A model generated the notes under the pieces. That model did not search any database. It was not told where the DNA came from and saw only the letters and a program-made list of their open reading frames with translations. Below are positions 12,237-25,268 of a DNA stretch of 64,000 bases, piece by piece. Source of the DNA: Carcharhinus longimanus (lineage: Eukaryota); the NCBI GenBank assembly GCA_030264375.1, contig JASCQW010000081.1, positions 60,928,968 to 60,992,967 on the forward strand. The letters are read 5' to 3'. Positions within the stretch are counted from its first letter, which is position 1, and every line of letters starts with the position of its first letter. The translations under genes were made by a program, and so were the position numbers.

Positions 12237-14469
12237 GTGCTGTTGGCAAGTTCCTGCTAGAACCTGAAATGACCAAACACAATTTGCTTCCCCATGTTGG
12301 CGAGAACCTTTTTTTTTCTCCAGTAGGCTCTGCTCATATCTGTAAGGGATTGGATCAGGATAACGTTCCAATTAATTTTCCCAATGAGGATCATCGGTGA
12401 ACACAGCCGTCTGAGGCTAGGGTCAGTAGCTTCCCTGAACTCTTTACCTGTCTGCAGCTGTGTTAGAATTGTTACTCCCTTAGAATTAGGGGATCAGTGA
12501 ATTCTGAATATTGACCAAAGAATGAGGATCTTCTCGCTTGGATTTAAGTCTCCGCAGGAGATGCACTTTGAAAGTTGTGATGCTTTTTTGGGATTTTCAA
12601 ATTTTTTGTGTCTGTCATTTATTTTGCCTGGTAAAATTTCTCTTTCTGCATGTTTGTGGCTGAAGGTGTATACACTGCTTGTTTAATAACTCTCTAGCCA
12701 ATTATTCGGAGAAGCCAAAGACTGTGCTGGCATGATTTGTCTCTTGGAGTTTTCCATTGGTTGCTGAGTTCAGCAACTCTACAGAGTGAAACTTGAGTCT
12801 GCATATTGACCCTGTAGGGTGGCACGGTGGTTAGCACTGCATATTTGTGTGTGGCAAAAGAAACATTTTACTTCAGTACTCCATTTCTAAGCATTCTCCT
12901 GCAAACTTCAGGGCAAATTAAGTATTTAGAAACTTGGTGTATTGGTCTGACCTGTTTTGCTTGCTGATTATCATCCTCTTACCCGTAGTATCAGATGAAG
13001 TGACCAAGCATCCACAGACCAAGGGGCTGCATACAACAGTTGATCCCAGAAAGAATATTTGTTTGTTCTCTTAAAGTGAAGACTGGAAATTATGTAATTG
13101 GATTAAAATGCACATTTCTTCAGTCTCCTGTATCGCTTTGTCAATTGATGTTGATAGTGGAGTCAAGGTTCCTCATCATGTGCAACTCGGAGCATTGAGA
13201 AATCATTCTGATGGAAGGTAGTGGGAAATCCTAGCTCTTAAAACATCGGGCAATGCCAGATGCCTGCATTTTTAATTTGGAATGTATTTTATAATTTGCT
13301 TTCTGTGCTGTGCAGATGACCCAAGATCACAATGATCATTACTGTTGGAGTAAATGAGCATGTTTTTGCTTGGTGCTAAGTGCACTCCACACACTTTAAA
13401 TTGACAGGCTTAACTATGGTTGTGTGGTGCGGGTTAATCCTGATAAATACTTTGCTGTTTGCTTGATTGAATCATAATGACCAATTTGTACCACAGCTAA
13501 TTTTATTAATGTAGCCACTTGAAATACTTTGAAATTTATAAATTCTGCATGCAAAATAAATAATATGGCGTGCAACATAAGGCAAATAAGCCAAGTGCAT
13601 TGTTAACCCATCAGCGTGTCTGCTACCTATAATCTACAGTATCCAAGAGGAGAGGGTGTTAGCAGAATCTTGACTGTTAAAGGACTAGGATAAACAGTTA
13701 AAGAGAACAAAAAATTCTGTAAGTGCTTGGTCAGTGACTCAGCTACTTGTGCAAGTCTTATGGGTTATCTGACATTTATATCAGCAAATTGGGAGCAGAG
13801 AAATAAACTGATGAGGATGACAGACCACATTTTTTCAGGATCATTCATGCTCTTGGGGACTTTCCTGGAAGGTTGTTTAGAAAAAGGCTTCCATTTTTCA
13901 TGTGTCTATATGCTTCTCTCCTATAAGTTCTTTTATTTCTCATTTGAAGGAAATGACTCATGATAAGATGTAGCAACTGCACAGACATCAGATAGTTCCT
14001 TGCTGTTTTGGCCAAATAGCCATTCTTTGCAAGTAAGTCAGAACACTGCACATTGGTTTTCTAATTGACAGTGGAAGTTATTACACCCTATTGCCCTTGC
14101 CTATTTTCTAATTGTCACATTTACACTTTTCAGTCCGAAAGCATTCAAGTGCTAAAACTGGGCTACTTTTTCATGGTTTCTTCAACCCAAATGCAAAGTC
14201 AATTTATTAGACAGGCTGACAGTCTCAAAAGCTACTAATTTAGCTTGGATCAGGAATCACGTGAGGGGAGTGGGCTGTATACTAAATAGTAGCATGGAGG
14301 TTGCCCATGGGGGGGACATTTAGAAAGTTGAACAGAGAATATGGCTATTGTGCAGGGTAGCACTTGGGTAATGATAATCAGAGTGTGACAAGAAGGGAGA
14401 ATGTATGAACATGAGTGGACCATCAAGTCTGGCTAGAGGAGGGACAAAGTCGGGGAGAAAAGACAGAAT

Positions 14470-17100
14470 TATAGGCTCTTCATCAGAATGCACCCAGCAT
14501 TGGTAATGCAGTGGATGAATAGAGAGCAGAAACAGAAGTAGATAAGTTTGATGATGTTATTTACAGAGACATGGTTGTACAGTGAACATGGTCATGACCT
14601 GAACATAGTGTCTACTATTCGTGAAGAACAGGGAAAAGGGGACTGATGGGATAGGATCAGTTTGGTAGTGAGCAAAGAACTTGGTTTGCTGCATGAAATT
14701 TAGAATCAGTTTGAGTGGCGATGAGAAATGGCTAAGGAAAGAAGTCACCTGGGGCAATGGTTTATGGGCCCCCTGACAGTAGCTACAAAGTAAGATAGAA
14801 TATAAATTGAGAAATACTGGATCCTTGTAAGAAAGCTAATTTAATAATTGAGAGATTTTAATCTTCATGGAGATTGGATGAATCAAGTTGGCAAAAGTAG
14901 CTTGGAGAATGAGTTTATAGAATGTATTTGGAATAGTTTTGGAACAGTGCATTCAAGAACTAACCATGAAGTTGGCTATTTTAAACCTGATAATGTGTAA
15001 TAAGACATGGTTATTAAATTGCTTCACGGTAAAGATCCTGTATGTATCAATGATCGTAACGTAATGGAATTTCACATTCAGTTTGAGGGTGAGAAATTGT
15101 TTAACTTGTGTGTTTTAAACTTAAATAGAGGCAATTACAATGATGTGAAGACAAGAGTTGGCTAAAATGAAATGGAAACATAGGTTGAAAGCTGGATGGC
15201 AGAGAAGCAGATGTGGACATCTTGAGCAACAAATACATTCCAATGCGAAAGAGTCTCTGGCTGAAATGATCAGGATGGTATCCAATTGATAGGATGTGCA
15301 ACACTGTAAAAATTAATAGTAGGCTGGATGATTGGGGAAGTTTTAAAAATCAGTGAAGGATAACAAAAAGAGAGAAATTGGAGTATGAGAGAAAACCAGG
15401 AAAAGTTTTAAAAACACGTAAAAGCTTAAGTACATGAAAAGGAAAAGAGTAGCTAAACTGACTGTTGGTCCCTTTGGTGCTGAAATTGGGCAATTATTAA
15501 TGGAAAACAAGGAAATGGCTGACTTGAACAAGTGTCTGTCCTCACAGAAGACACAGAATGCAAACTATGAAGTAGAAAACAGAATGGAGAAAAAAACAAA
15601 ATAATCACAATCATCAGAAAAATGCACTTCGAAAACTAATGGGATGAAAGGCTGACAAGCCCCCTGGACCTGATGGTCTGTATCTTTGAGTCTTAAAGGA
15701 AGTGACCACAGTGATAGTGGATGCAATGGTTGTAATCTTCCTTAATTCCTTAGATTATGGAAAACTCCCAATGGACTGGAAAGCTGCAAATGAAATACCA
15801 CTAATTGGCCAGTTAGTCTAACACCTGTATTGGGAAAATGCTAGAATCTATTATTAAGGAGATAGTAGGCAGTTTACAAAATTGTAGTACAATCAGGCAG
15901 AGTTAATATGGATTGCTGAAAAGGAAATTATGTCTGACAAATCTAATAGAGTTCTTTGAGGATGTAACAAGCATGGTGGATAAGGGGAAACCATTAGATG
16001 TAATGTACTTGGATTTCTAAAAGACATTCACTAAGCTGCCACGTTGAAGGTTACTACACAAGACCAGAGCTCGAGATGATGTATTTACAGGGATAGAGGG
16101 TTCACTAACTACTGAGAAGTAGAGGGTCAAGATTAATGCATCATTTTTTCATTGGCAAATGATGCCTTGGGGATCAGTCTGGGACCATAACTATTTCAGA
16201 TTTATATGAATGCCTTGGATAAAGGGACCAACTGTATCATAATTTGGCTGCTAATACAAAACGTGTTGTGAAGAGAATAGAGTTAGTCTGCAGAGGAGTA
16301 TTGTTAGACTAAGTGAACGGGCAAAAACTTGGCAGAGAGTAAAATGTCAAAATATGAGATTGTCCATTTGACACAAGAATATAAAAGCAGGTTAATAATC
16401 AAATGAGACTATAGAATGCTGTAGTGCAGAGGAATCTGAGAGCCCTTGTACAAAAATCACAAAGTTAGCATTCACATAGAGCAACTGATAGGAAGACAGA
16501 TGGACCATTATGCTATATTGCAAGGGAGATGGAGTGTTAATGTAGAGAAGTCTTGCGAAAACTGTTTCAAGCATTGTAAGACTGCATCCAGAGTACCATG
16601 GATGGTTTTGTTCCCCTTAAGGAGGGGAAGTACTTCTGTAGGAAGCAGTTCAGAGAAGATGACCTCGGCTGATTCCTGGGATGAAAGGTCCTCATATGAG
16701 GAAATGGACCTGAACTCGTTGGAGAGGTGATCTCACTGAAAGATATAAGGGCTTGGCAGAGCAGATGCTGAGAGAATGTTTCCTCAAGGGTGAATTAAGA
16801 ACTAAGGGATCACAATTTAAAAATAGGGTGTCCCCTATTTAAGCTTGAGATAAGGAGGCCTTTCCTCTCTTGAAGTCATGAGTCTTTGGAATTCCCTTTC
16901 ACAGAGTGCAGCAGAGACTGGGACATTGAACATATTGAAGGCCGAGTTTTACAGGTTTTTGGATGACAAGGAAGTTGAGGGTTGTGGCAGACACAAAATG
17001 GTGTTGAGGCCACTATCAGATCGTTTGTGACCTTATGAGGAGCAGAGCAGGTTTGATGAGTCGAACGGCTACTCCTATTTATTCCAATCTTGTGTTCTAA
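14470..17100 (+). mobile_element. Degenerate CR1 LINE, most of ORF2 plus 3' UTR
   Basis: Remnants of the APE endonuclease start (…TETWL-like at ~14560), KADKPPGPDG (15650), CLTNLIEFFEDVTSMVDKGKPLDVMYLDF (15930-16020), and a CR1 3' tail. Many stops and frameshifts. Confidence 0.9.
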
Positions 17101-17796
17101 ACTGGTGTCCAAAATATCACTGAGTGGTGTTTTTGACCGCTGAACCAAGCAGGCATTTTGAAACATTGAGCCAAGAGGTAAGTTTGTTGGATTCGCAGAT
17201 GATTCACTGGCCTGCATTTTGCTGTTCGCAAAGAAGTAAAGCTGCTAACTGTTGATCTCGCTGTCAGTTGAGAGATATTTTGCTGGCTTGCCTGCAGAGG
17301 TGTCTGTTAGACTGGTGTTTGTTTCTGAAAGGCACTGTTGATAGGCTCTGTGGCATAATTGAGAGTGAAAGAAACAGTAAGGCTGTTCACCCAGTCAGGT
17401 TGAGGAATCCTTACTGAGGCATAGAGTCCAAACAGTCCCGACATCAATTTTCTTCTGAGGGAATGAAATTCCACATTAAGAAGACACATTTTTCAGAGTT
17501 GGAGAGGGTGTTTGGTAGTATCGATCTCTTACTACATTGCTGAAACTCAATATTCCTGAACGCATCAGTCCTAACTTTTTGAACCGTTTTACTGGGAAAC
17601 TTGTAGATAGGCACAGCTTGTTCCAATCATTTGAGTGCTGATCCGAATGGTGAGGACTTATCGGTGCACTGTGGAGGAGCAGGATATTTTGGCCCTAAAC
17701 AGTGCTTTTCCCAGAATAAGGACTTCTGGCATTTAATTACACCTGAGTGGGCAAAACAGAATTTGCTGTTAAGATTGACTCTGTAATGACAGGGAT

Positions 17797-18035
17797 GGGG
17801 GTCGGTTTAGCTCAGTTGGCTGGACAGCTGGTTCGTGATGCAGAGCAACGCAACCAGCATGGCTTCAATTCCCTTTTTTGGCTGAGGTTATTCATGAAGG
17901 CCCCCACCTTCTCAACCTTGACCCTCACCTAAAATGTGGTGATCATCTGGTTAAATCGCCACCCGTCAGCTCTCCCCCCTCAAAGGGGAGAGCAGCCTGT
18001 GGTCATCTGGGATCACGGTGACTTGACCTTTTTTT
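17797..18035 (+). mobile_element. tRNA-derived SINE, distinct from HE1, with TSD
   Basis: A box tagctcagttgg, B-box-like ggcttcaattccc, T-rich end. Flanked by direct repeat acaggga (17789-17795, 18037-18043). Confidence 0.8.
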
Positions 18036-19254
18036 AACAGGGACCACTGATAGCATTGTTGCAGATTATAGATCATCATATTGTACAAACAAATTAACGA
18101 TAGATTAAAACGCTGTTTATATTAATTTTATGTAATAGGACTGAATTGCAATGTAATGGTTTCATTAGATTGTGTTTTCAGTCAGAGATATATTGATCTG
18201 GAGTTGACTGACCTCTCATTTTCACTGTCTATGTTGCCCTGCGTTGCAAGTCCAGTGTCTGGTGAAAAATGAGAGGTCAGTCAGTTGGTGAAGCCAAAAG
18301 GCTCATGCATGAAACAAGGATTGTGTGGTTAGAAGAAAATGCAGTTAAAACAGCAGCAAAGATCAGAGGCAGGATAATGTTTTCATTGCCACGTAATTTG
18401 CAGTAGCATGCACTAGCATTAGACACGATTGGTACATTTCATTTAGCCCATGTGGAATAAATGAACCCAAGATGGGTTTTGTTATAACCGACTGAATTCC
18501 TAATGCCTGTACGTGTATATTGGAATGAAATATAGTATTTTTTGGAGGAGGTGGTAGTCTGACTTTTTTTTTAACATTGTAACCTGCATAAAATTCCTCT
18601 GTTAACCAGCATTGTCAAGAAACAGTGACCATTTACCTTGTGTGTCTCATTTATGTTGGCTCACTTTATGCTGGTATTATGCCTGCTGACAAAACAGCAT
18701 TTGTTGTACTGCAGTATGTTTAGGCAAAATGCATCAAGATCTTTGTGGAAGATGTGATGTGGTGCCATATAAATGCAAGACTTATCTTAGCGTGAGTTTC
18801 CTGTGATAACAGGCATGTGGTTGTGTGCAGCAGAAACACCACTGTGAACATCAGCCAATTGCAATGTGCAATTTGTGCTTTGCAAGCCAACTTGGCTATA
18901 ATTAACACTGCATTTAAACTCTGGTGGCTGATTTTATTCCTGCAATCATCGTACTGAGGGAATTCATCCCCTCCAAACATTACTATTCTGGCCAAATATG
19001 GAAGATAACGCTTTCGTACATTTTGAACTTTCACACTGGCCATATACTGCAAGAAAGTAGTGCAACCAATGATTAAATTTATAAATAGCCTGTGAATCAC
19101 ATGCACACCACAGTTCAGAAATGCAAGATTTTTATTTGATGCTCATAGTTGATCTCTATGTTTAAGTGGCAGAAGAATATGCTTATATACACACATGCTC
19201 CCTGTTAAATGTGATTAATTATTTTTTATTTGAGCATGGTTTGGGTAATACCTT

Positions 19255-19650
19255 CTTTTTACCTCCTTCCTTCTCAATACCCAGGGCTCCAAACTTCTGC
19301 CTCCATACCTTTTGAACAACGGTTACAGATAATTACTCTGCAGGTCCCCTTTGCACCTCCTCTAAACCCTTTTTTATTGTTTCATCCCCTTTTAATTTGC
19401 ACCTCTATTCACCTATCACAGTTTTGCTTCCTCCCACCACACCCCCCTCCCCTACTATCTCTCCCTGTTTAATAGTTTAAAGGTGTAACATCTCTAATCC
19501 TTTTCCAATTCTGATGACAGGTAATCGATCTGCAACATGCGTCTTGTTTCCCTCCACAGTTGCTTCCTGGCCTGCTGACTATTCGCAGCATCATCTGTTC
19601 ATCTTGTGTATTTCGGATTTCCAGCATCCACAGTATTTTGCTTTTGTTAT
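19255..19650 (+). mobile_element. Penelope-like element 3' region with decayed hammerhead motif
   Basis: Pyrimidine-rich UTR, then ctgatga-cagg…atct-gcaac (19511-19536) and the family tail ttccagcatccacagtattttgctttt. Confidence 0.6.
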
Positions 19651-19809
19651 TTTTCTCCCCCCTACCATCTATTAAATTTTTTACTTCTCTGAAATGGTTT
19701 CTGTTCTGATTATCTTTTATGGCTGCATTTATTTGTGGGGGTGGGGACAGTAAGGTACTTCTTGCACATGCTCAGTTGCAACTCAGTGCCAGAGTGTCAG
19801 CTAGCAGTA

Positions 19810-19995
19810 TTAAAACAAACAAAACAAAAAAAGCTGGGCAATTTCAACAGGTCGGGGCAACATTAATGATGAAAGGTCATTGATCTGAAACATAACTCTT
19901 GTTTTTCTCCACAGATGCTGCCTGACCTGCTCGGTTTGCCCAGCATTTTTGTTTTCATTTTAGATTTACAGCATCCACAGTATTTTGCTTTTCTA
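19810..19995. mobile_element. Short palindromic Penelope-end element
   Basis: 19830-19862 is an inverted copy of 19914-19950. Central atgatga-aaggtc-att-gatct-gaaacata (19866-19894). Confidence 0.7.
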
Positions 19996-20182
19996 TTAAA
20001 ACAGACAAGTTGGTTTGACATAAACTAACAATTAAGTTCAAGTTATCTTTTTGTTAGGTTTATGCAGTCCTTAACCTTCCTTAATATAAGCTCTTGCCTT
20101 TAGTCCAGCCATCACACCAGTTAGCAGCTGTTCCCTCCATAACCATACTTCCCACAATTCAGTAAATGATGGAATATATATA

Positions 20183-21436
20183 GACTTGGAGTTTTTGTGG
20201 CGATTTGTGCCTTATTCAAAATAACGCAGGGACCTTGGATCCCAAAGTCCAGCATCTGTTTTCAGACGGATCCTATTTTTGCCAGTTTGGGGAAATGGGG
20301 CGAGATATGGTCCACAATTGAGTGAAACCTGAATCTAGCAGGGCCATTTGTGCTCATTGCTGAGCTCAAACAAACATTGCTGGAGCAAGATCCATTTCCT
20401 GCAGTTTGTGACTGATGTTTTTCAACAGTAGATCAGAGTGTGCATAAAAGATGGATAAGATCAGTGTAACTGTCAAGCTGTCAGGTTACTTAAAACCCCG
20501 TGCTTAAATTTTGAAGCAAAGTAGCCTACTGTGTTGGAGTCGAAAAAATTGTGCTTGTAATTTTGATAGCTGTTTGTTGACCTAAGTGTGATGATTATCA
20601 TTAGTGTTATTAGTGTTTTCCTGCTTCCACAACCTATCATTATCAAAATGTGTAGGGGGTGGGGTTGGTGTGCGGCAGTGTGCAGCATGGCTGGTATATG
20701 TTCACTATTTGACTGACAACTCCAAGAAGTTATTACCGAATTAGCTGTCTTTGACATGGGGCCATGAATACAAATGTTTGTTTTTGTAAAGGCTGAAGTA
20801 TTTGGATGAATTTAAATTTCTTGAGCTATTATCAGTTTGAATTGTTTTATTTCATTAATATGGTAGTAGATAGTTAATTTTACTTAAACACAGCACGATT
20901 CCTGAGGTCTGCCTTTGGTGGATAATGGATGAGTTTGCATGGAGCATATCAGGGAAAAGAGTGGGAGTTGACACTAAGTTGGCATAAGGGCTATGAGGGG
21001 CCATTGGGTTGGCATGAAGGGAATAGGGGCAGGTAGAGGGGCATACATGGGCACGGCTAATATGAGAAGCCATGGGAGTGCATAGATAGGCATAAGTTGG
21101 CATGGAATCTGAGGACCAGAAGTGAGAGGACGGGGACATGAGTGGGCACGGGTGTTGCGTGGCAAGTGGTGGGGGTGGTTGGTGTAGCAACAAAGCAAGG
21201 GGGCCTATCTGCTTTTATTATAATTGGGACAAAGTCCCAGAACACCAAGGCAGGTCTTTTAACTTGACCTCAGCACCTGACAGCCCCTGTGGCCACCTCT
21301 GCACTGTTGCCAAGGCCGTGGGCCTCATTCCAGCAGGCATCTGCACCTGCTCTGAATGAAGGATCTGTTTCTTGGAAGTACATCTGCCAAACCAGGAGTT
21401 TTCCAGATCGTTGCACACAGGATCGAAAATCTAGGC
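20183..21436. mobile_element. Possible old non-autonomous DNA transposon with internal degenerate ggcatg-type tandem array
   Basis: G-rich ggcat/gggcat iterations at 20930-21190. Weak terminal inverted similarity (gacttggagtttt / gaaaatctaggc). Confidence 0.35.
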
Positions 21437-22570
21437 TGCGGTGAGGAAACGTCAGTAATTGAGATTCTCAACTTCCAATATGGAGGATTGCAATATTTAC
21501 ATTAAGGACACAGGTTGCACATTTTGGTTAACAATCAATGAAAAACAAACATTTTGACTGAAAAGAAAATTGAATTACCCAATATGGCAATCTGGAATTA
21601 AGAGTCCCATTATCTACCCATTAAACTATCTGGGCTCTATAGGACTTGTCTGCATAAAGCTTCAGGAGCAGCATGAACACAAAATTATGTTGAGATTGTG
21701 ATCCCATAATGGATGAATGATGCTTTTCTGTGTGCTGCAGTGAGATCCCCATTATAATAGGACTTGGAGATATTAACTATTGAACTTTTACATTGGAATT
21801 CCACTGGGAAATGCAGTGCAAGGCTACGTAATCTTTGATTCAAACTCCTGCCACTGACCAGAGAAGTATCAAGGGCAGTTATGCATGTGCTGATGGCTGC
21901 ACGGGGGCCGAGTGTGCATATGCAACTGTTCCTGACACGTTTCCAGACTGTAGCAGGGGTCACAATGTTTTTAAACATGAAATTGAGACACTTGTTTTTC
22001 TGGGGAATTTCCTGGTTTCATTTTTCATTTTGATGTGATTTCTCAATGCTAATTCTTTTTCACTGGCTATATTCTCCATGTGCCATAAATTTCATCTGCC
22101 ATAAATACTGGGTGCATTTGGAAGAATAATTGAGGCACTGTTCAGACAAGGTGATGTGCAAATGGCTCCCCCTGGCCAGTTCTGTCCAGTTTTGTGGACA
22201 GAAGTTTTGGGACACATCAGATATGTTGAAGGGGAGTAGAATCGAAGCTATTGACATGTGGTCAAGTTACCTTGATAAAAGTTTAGGAAGAGGTAGTCGT
22301 CATCTTTTTTCAATTGAAGCAGTTTGAGTCTTGTCAGAGAGGAGACAGGGGACTTGGGTTTATTCGTGGAAGGAAAAGCTGCGATTAGAATAACCTATTC
22401 TATTAGGTTATTCTATTAGGGATTCAGTTTACTGTACATGATGTTTGGCACGGTACCGAGCCAAAAGCACCATTAATGAATTTGAAGGACTCCAGATCTA
22501 AATAGTGAACACAAGCTACCATATTGAGTTGCTTTGTTCCTAATGCATCAATTTTACCTTTGAACTTCAC

Positions 22571-22701
22571 GGACACAATTTTCCAGCCGTGCTCACCCTA
22601 AAATGGGAAAATCCTACCTGAGGTCAACGGCCTTTTACATGGTCTGCCCCTTCCCTGTGCCCGCTGTGATTCCCATGACACATGAGATGAGAAAATTCCC
22701 C
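22571..22701. mobile_element. MITE (PIF/Harbinger-like)
   Basis: Ends ggacacaattttc…gaaaattcccc. Reverse-complement homologue at 29874-29985. Confidence 0.6.
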
Positions 22702-24164
22702 CATGTCTGTAATTCAACTTCTGTGAAGGTACACAAATTTTATTTACATGAGGAAGTGTGCTCCAAATGCTTGATAACTCACAAGCAAACTATGGTGTTA
22801 TTAACTAAACTGAAGGTTGAATGCTGTTGCATTGTTCTAAAAATGTACAAGTCTAGTCATTCAGTTATACCACCATTTGAACTTGACCTGGCAGAAATTT
22901 TACATTTTCTTTTATCGCTTCCTGTGAAATCCCTATTGGTCTCTAGCAGATTTTAATATTTTACTCGAGGGGTTTTACGGTTAATTAGTTTCACATTTGC
23001 CAGTGGCCAAGGGGAAATACAAAGTGGTCCAACTCCTCTTCCTGATGAGCAATATCAGCAGGAACTTCTGGAATTATTAGAAGAGGTAATCCTCCACAGG
23101 AAGTCTTGTGCTGTTAAACTGTTTTGTGGCCCACTATGTTTTAATCCTTCCTTGCTTTTTCATTTGTGACTACTTGTCTGCGCAACTAATATTTACAGAA
23201 ATGTTCGTCTCAGAGTTATTTTCAGTCAAAACTGTATCCTCTCAGCTGGTACAATTTATACCTCTGGTTTAAACCTTTTTTTTGCCACTTGCTGCCTGAT
23301 CTCTCCAATGGGCATTATCTCTGAATGTTTTGCTTCTCCTGTTGTCTACTCTTAATCCTGCAAGTGAGCAAGACTTCTCAGTGTTATTTTACCTAAACTA
23401 CCCTTCATTCTGTGAGCCTCAACAGGGACAAATGGTGATTGCATATTTAACTGTGCTTGGTTATTGTTGTCCCCAGTAATGCCTACATGTGCACATACTA
23501 ATCTGCAGCAATATCCATATTCCTGGCAGAATTATATTGCTTCTCTCTCAATATGGAGTCCAATCATGGTCCGTTCTCATTTTTCAGAGTTGGCATCATA
23601 CCATGTGGCACACTTGGGCACCCCTGAAAAATGTGGCTATATTTCAAACTAATGTCACTCAGTGTTTCCTTATGCTGCCAGCCTCTTGGTGTTTGCTCCA
23701 TCCCCTCGGCTGCTTCTGCCTACTATATCTTAGCATTGCCAAGGAATTGCCTATTACACTGATCCACAGAAGCTACCCTACGCTGTAAGCTGTAAGCAAT
23801 GCCACCTAGGCTTCCCCCAACATAGCACCATAACCCCAAATACTGCCCAACATTGCTGAAAGCCCCCTTAGCTGCTACTAAATGCTGCACCTATTCCTAA
23901 ATCCCACATAGCTACTTCAGTTTGCAACATGTTTCATCCTATCTTTCTATATTCTGGTCTAAAATGCTATGATGAAGAAATTAAATCGATGAGAAAGCAG
24001 ATGATAATCCAAGCTGCTTGGCTATGTTTTTAATGGAAAAGTATTCTGCAATTCTTTGCCTAAAGTGTGAACCCAGCAAATTCATGCACAGCACCATTAT
24101 TGTTGTAACTTTATCACTGACTCGCTATAAAGCATGCCGCAGAAGATTTATTGGAGGTCTTGAA

Positions 24165-24327
24165 GTCCAAAGATGTGCGGGTTAGGTTGATTGGCCATGC
24201 TAAATTGCCCATCGTCAGGGAGACTAACGGGTAAACGTGTGGGGTCACGGGGATGGGGCCTGGATGTGATTGTGTTCGGTGCAGGCTCAGTGGGCCGAAC
24301 GGCATCCTTCTGCACTGTAGGGATTCT
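24165..24327 (+). mobile_element. HE1-type SINE, 3' half
   Basis: gtccaaagatgtgcgggttaggttgattggccatgctaaattgccc…tgggccgaacggcatccttctgcactgtagggattct. Confidence 0.85.
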
Positions 24328-24329
24328 TT

Positions 24330-24620
24330 TGACAGCATCTTCCAAAGCAGCAACTGCTACAATCTGAAAGAACAGGGCAATAGAGGCAAGGGTTCACCAT
24401 CTGTAAATTTTCCAGCAAGTTGCACATCATCCTGACTTGGAAAAAAGTCACTGTTCCTTTACTGTTTGGGGTCAGAATTCTGGAATTCCCTTCCCACAGC
24501 ACTGTGAATGTACCTTCACAAATGCAGTGGCTGCACCACCTTGTCAAGGGTGATTGGAGATGAGTATCAAATATCGCCATGCCACTGATGCTCACATCCC
24601 TTTTGAGTAAAAGAAAAATT
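24330..24620 (+). mobile_element. Family-B LINE 3' end
   Basis: Co-linear with 260-570. Confidence 0.75.
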
Positions 24621-24657
24621 AAAGTGCTCTGTTTTCTTTGGTCTGACAAACGAGAGG

Positions 24658-24938
24658 TAAAGTTTATTTACCAGTCACAAGTAGGTTTATATTAACACTG
24701 CAATCAAGTTACTGTGAAAATCCCTTAGTCGTCGCTCTGTGGTGCCTGTTCAGGTACAGTGAGGGAGAATTTAGCATGGTCAATGCAACTAACCAGCATG
24801 TCTTTCCGACTGTGGGAGTAAACCGGAGCATCCGGAGGAAAACACAGGGAGAATGGGTAAACTTCACACAGACAGTGACCCAAGGCAGGAATCTAACCTG
24901 GCGCTGTGAGGATGCAGTGCTAACCACTGTGCTACCCC
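24658..24938 (-). mobile_element. V-SINE (alternative tail)
   Basis: Homologous to 7025-7285. Confidence 0.85.
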
Positions 24939-24944
24939 AGGCAT

Positions 24945-25268
24945 ACAGGTGTTGTCGCTGGACTAGTAATCCAGAGATCCAGGGTAATGCTTGGGGGAAC
25001 CAGATTTGAATCCCACCATGGCAGATGGTGAAATTTGAATCCAACAATAAAAATCTGGAATTAAAAGTTCACTGATGACCATGAAACGATTGTCAATTGC
25101 CATAAAAATTCATCTGGTTCGCTAATGTCCTTTAATCTGCTGTCCGTACCTGATCCAGCCGACATGTGACTCCAGAGTCACAGCAATGTGTTTGACTCTT
25201 AAATGTCCTCGGGGCTGGGCAATAATGCTGGTCCAGCCAGCAATGCCCACATCCCATGAATAAATAAC
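24945..25268 (+). mobile_element. SINE 'family C' sharing its 3' tail with the family-B LINE
   Basis: Homologous to 57252-57642 and 62298-62650. Ends gggcaataatgctggtccagccagcaatgcccacatcccatgaataaataa. Confidence 0.8.

Noticed and set aside
14478-14490. tcatcag (CTGATGA on the minus strand)
   Set aside because: Lies in the CR1 endonuclease start with no stem II or GAAA box. Other lone ctgatga hits (13808, 23042, 26175, 27418, 28140, 33263, 36052, 37968) also lack hammerhead topology.
17150-17183. Strong donor GAG|GTAAGT; likewise the strong acceptor at ~31123
   Set aside because: No convincing partner splice site or reading frame. Isolated consensus sites are expected in 64 kb.
17797-17875. 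tRNA-like sequence
   Set aside because: It is the head of a SINE with TSD, not a clean cloverleaf. The same applies to the HE1 heads.
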